A DNA stretch of 64,000 nucleotides from Vicugna vicugna (Eukaryota), in assembly GCA_013265495.1 (NCBI GenBank), contig MU057930.1, forward strand, positions 1,814,057 through 1,878,056, in the 5' to 3' direction. The position numbers and the translations under genes are program-made. Below the pieces are notes generated by a model. That model saw only the letters and a list, made by a program, of their open reading frames with translations, was not told the origin of the DNA and made no database searches. Shown here piece after piece: positions 62,801-64,000 of this stretch. Within the stretch, counting starts at the first letter, position 1. The number at the start of each line of letters is the position of its first letter.

Positions 62801-63960
62801 CAAGATCATTTTCAGGCAGTTTCTAGCAACTTTTTGTATTGACATTTTGTTCAGAAAATATATCATGAAAGGCAACAGCCAAACTATTTTTGTAAGATTA
62901 GTTTACTAAGACAACAAAAGCACATAAGGACTTGCATGATGAGGAAACCAAATCTAGAAATCAAATCCGATTCAAATTCATATAAAATTATAAATCAAGT
63001 CCACTTATGAATGTGAAGGCAGACATCCCACATGAAATATTAACACCTAATCTAACAGAGCACGGGCAATTTTTGGAAAGTTCACGTTATGATCAAAACA
63101 GGGTTGTCTCAAAAATGCACTAACAGAAAAAAAGGTATTAGGTTATTAAACCACATGAATAGAAGAAAAAAGAGAAAAATCATTTAGTCAGCTGCAGAGA
63201 TGCCAAATAGTTTTTACAGTATTCAGTACCTATTTATAATTTAAAAAATTTTTAAACATGGAAGAAAGCTGGAAATTGAAGGTAATTTCCTTTAACTGAT
63301 AATAGCCATGTGCCAAAAATGTCTAGCCAACATCACACTTATTAAAGACGGTTAGACTCCTTTCCTGTAAGATCATGAACAAGGGTGTAAGTTTGCACTA
63401 ACACAGTTCAACACAGTGTGCTGAGTCAATGCCACAACTCAAGGAATAAAGGCGATGAAAAGTATAAATATTCAAAGAGAAAGGAGAAAATGGTCCCTGT
63501 ATGTAGATGTAGACAGTGTGATCATTGTTGTGCAAACCATGCACGTAGAGAAGATAATAGATAAGGTACTACAAATAATCGATACTCCAGAATGATTGCT
63601 CGATACATAATCCATGTACTAAAAGTCAAGACAGTCCTTTATACTGGCAGTAGGAAATGACATAGGAAAAAAGATAATATTTACCAAAAGAGCAAGTTAC
63701 TTAACAAATATTATTTAACAGCGCTAAAAGGAGGTCTGAATAAACGGTGAACTATGCCAGTTTACGGCGGAGGCAACATGAATTTGGAAAGGTATCCGTT
63801 CTTCCTACACTCATCTTTCCATTCAGTACAGCTCCCAACAAAGACAGTAGGTTTTTGCAGAATTTGACAAGTTGATTCTCAATTGTATGTGAAGGAACAG
63901 ATATCATCGACAAAGAGGAAAGAGAACACTGAAGAAGAAAAACACATTATGTGTTGTATG
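59900..63960 (+). mobile_element. Ancient, heavily decayed L1 (ORF1 and ORF2 remnants)
   Basis: A-rich sense strand. ctagccaacatcacactt...tttcctgtaagatcatgaacaaggg resembles TANIILN...FPLRSGTRQG, and atgcc...tttacggcggagg...ttgacaagttgattct resembles downstream ORF2. No open frame. Confidence 0.65.
61480..61790. repeat. AT-rich low-complexity tract
   Basis: Nearly pure A/T with TA repeats. Confidence 0.9.
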
Positions 63961-64000
63961 GGATTCACGTTTTCCTCTCCTGCAGGAGCAGAGCAGGAGG

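Overview
This is eukaryotic (mammalian) genomic DNA, not microbial. It is most likely camelid (alpaca, llama or camel), because it carries six tRNA-Ala(AGC)-derived SINEs of the camelid vic-1 type along with many artiodactyl-style L1 3' ends. I cannot identify any intact protein-coding gene. The supplied ORFs are low-complexity, chance GC-rich frames or decayed L1 ORF2 pieces. The window is a repeat-rich intronic or intergenic region. It contains about 20 L1 fragments (mostly short 3' ends on the + strand), old L2, MIR, MaLR and MER20 copies, and three solo LTRs (two ERV1-like with 4-bp TSDs, one betaretrovirus-like with a 6-bp TSD). It also has a full-length U6 snRNA/L1 chimeric retrocopy, large microsatellites, several CpG-rich patches and a 197-N assembly gap. 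The most notable structures are the U6-L1 chimera, a compound L1 tail with a 37-bp period and a triplicated target site, and the LTR cluster. A strong + strand bias of retroelements, together with candidate minus-strand splice and poly(A) signals, hints at an unidentified minus-strand transcript. I found no convincing new biological system. Repeat family names come from recalled consensus sequences, and boundaries are approximate unless TSDs are given.
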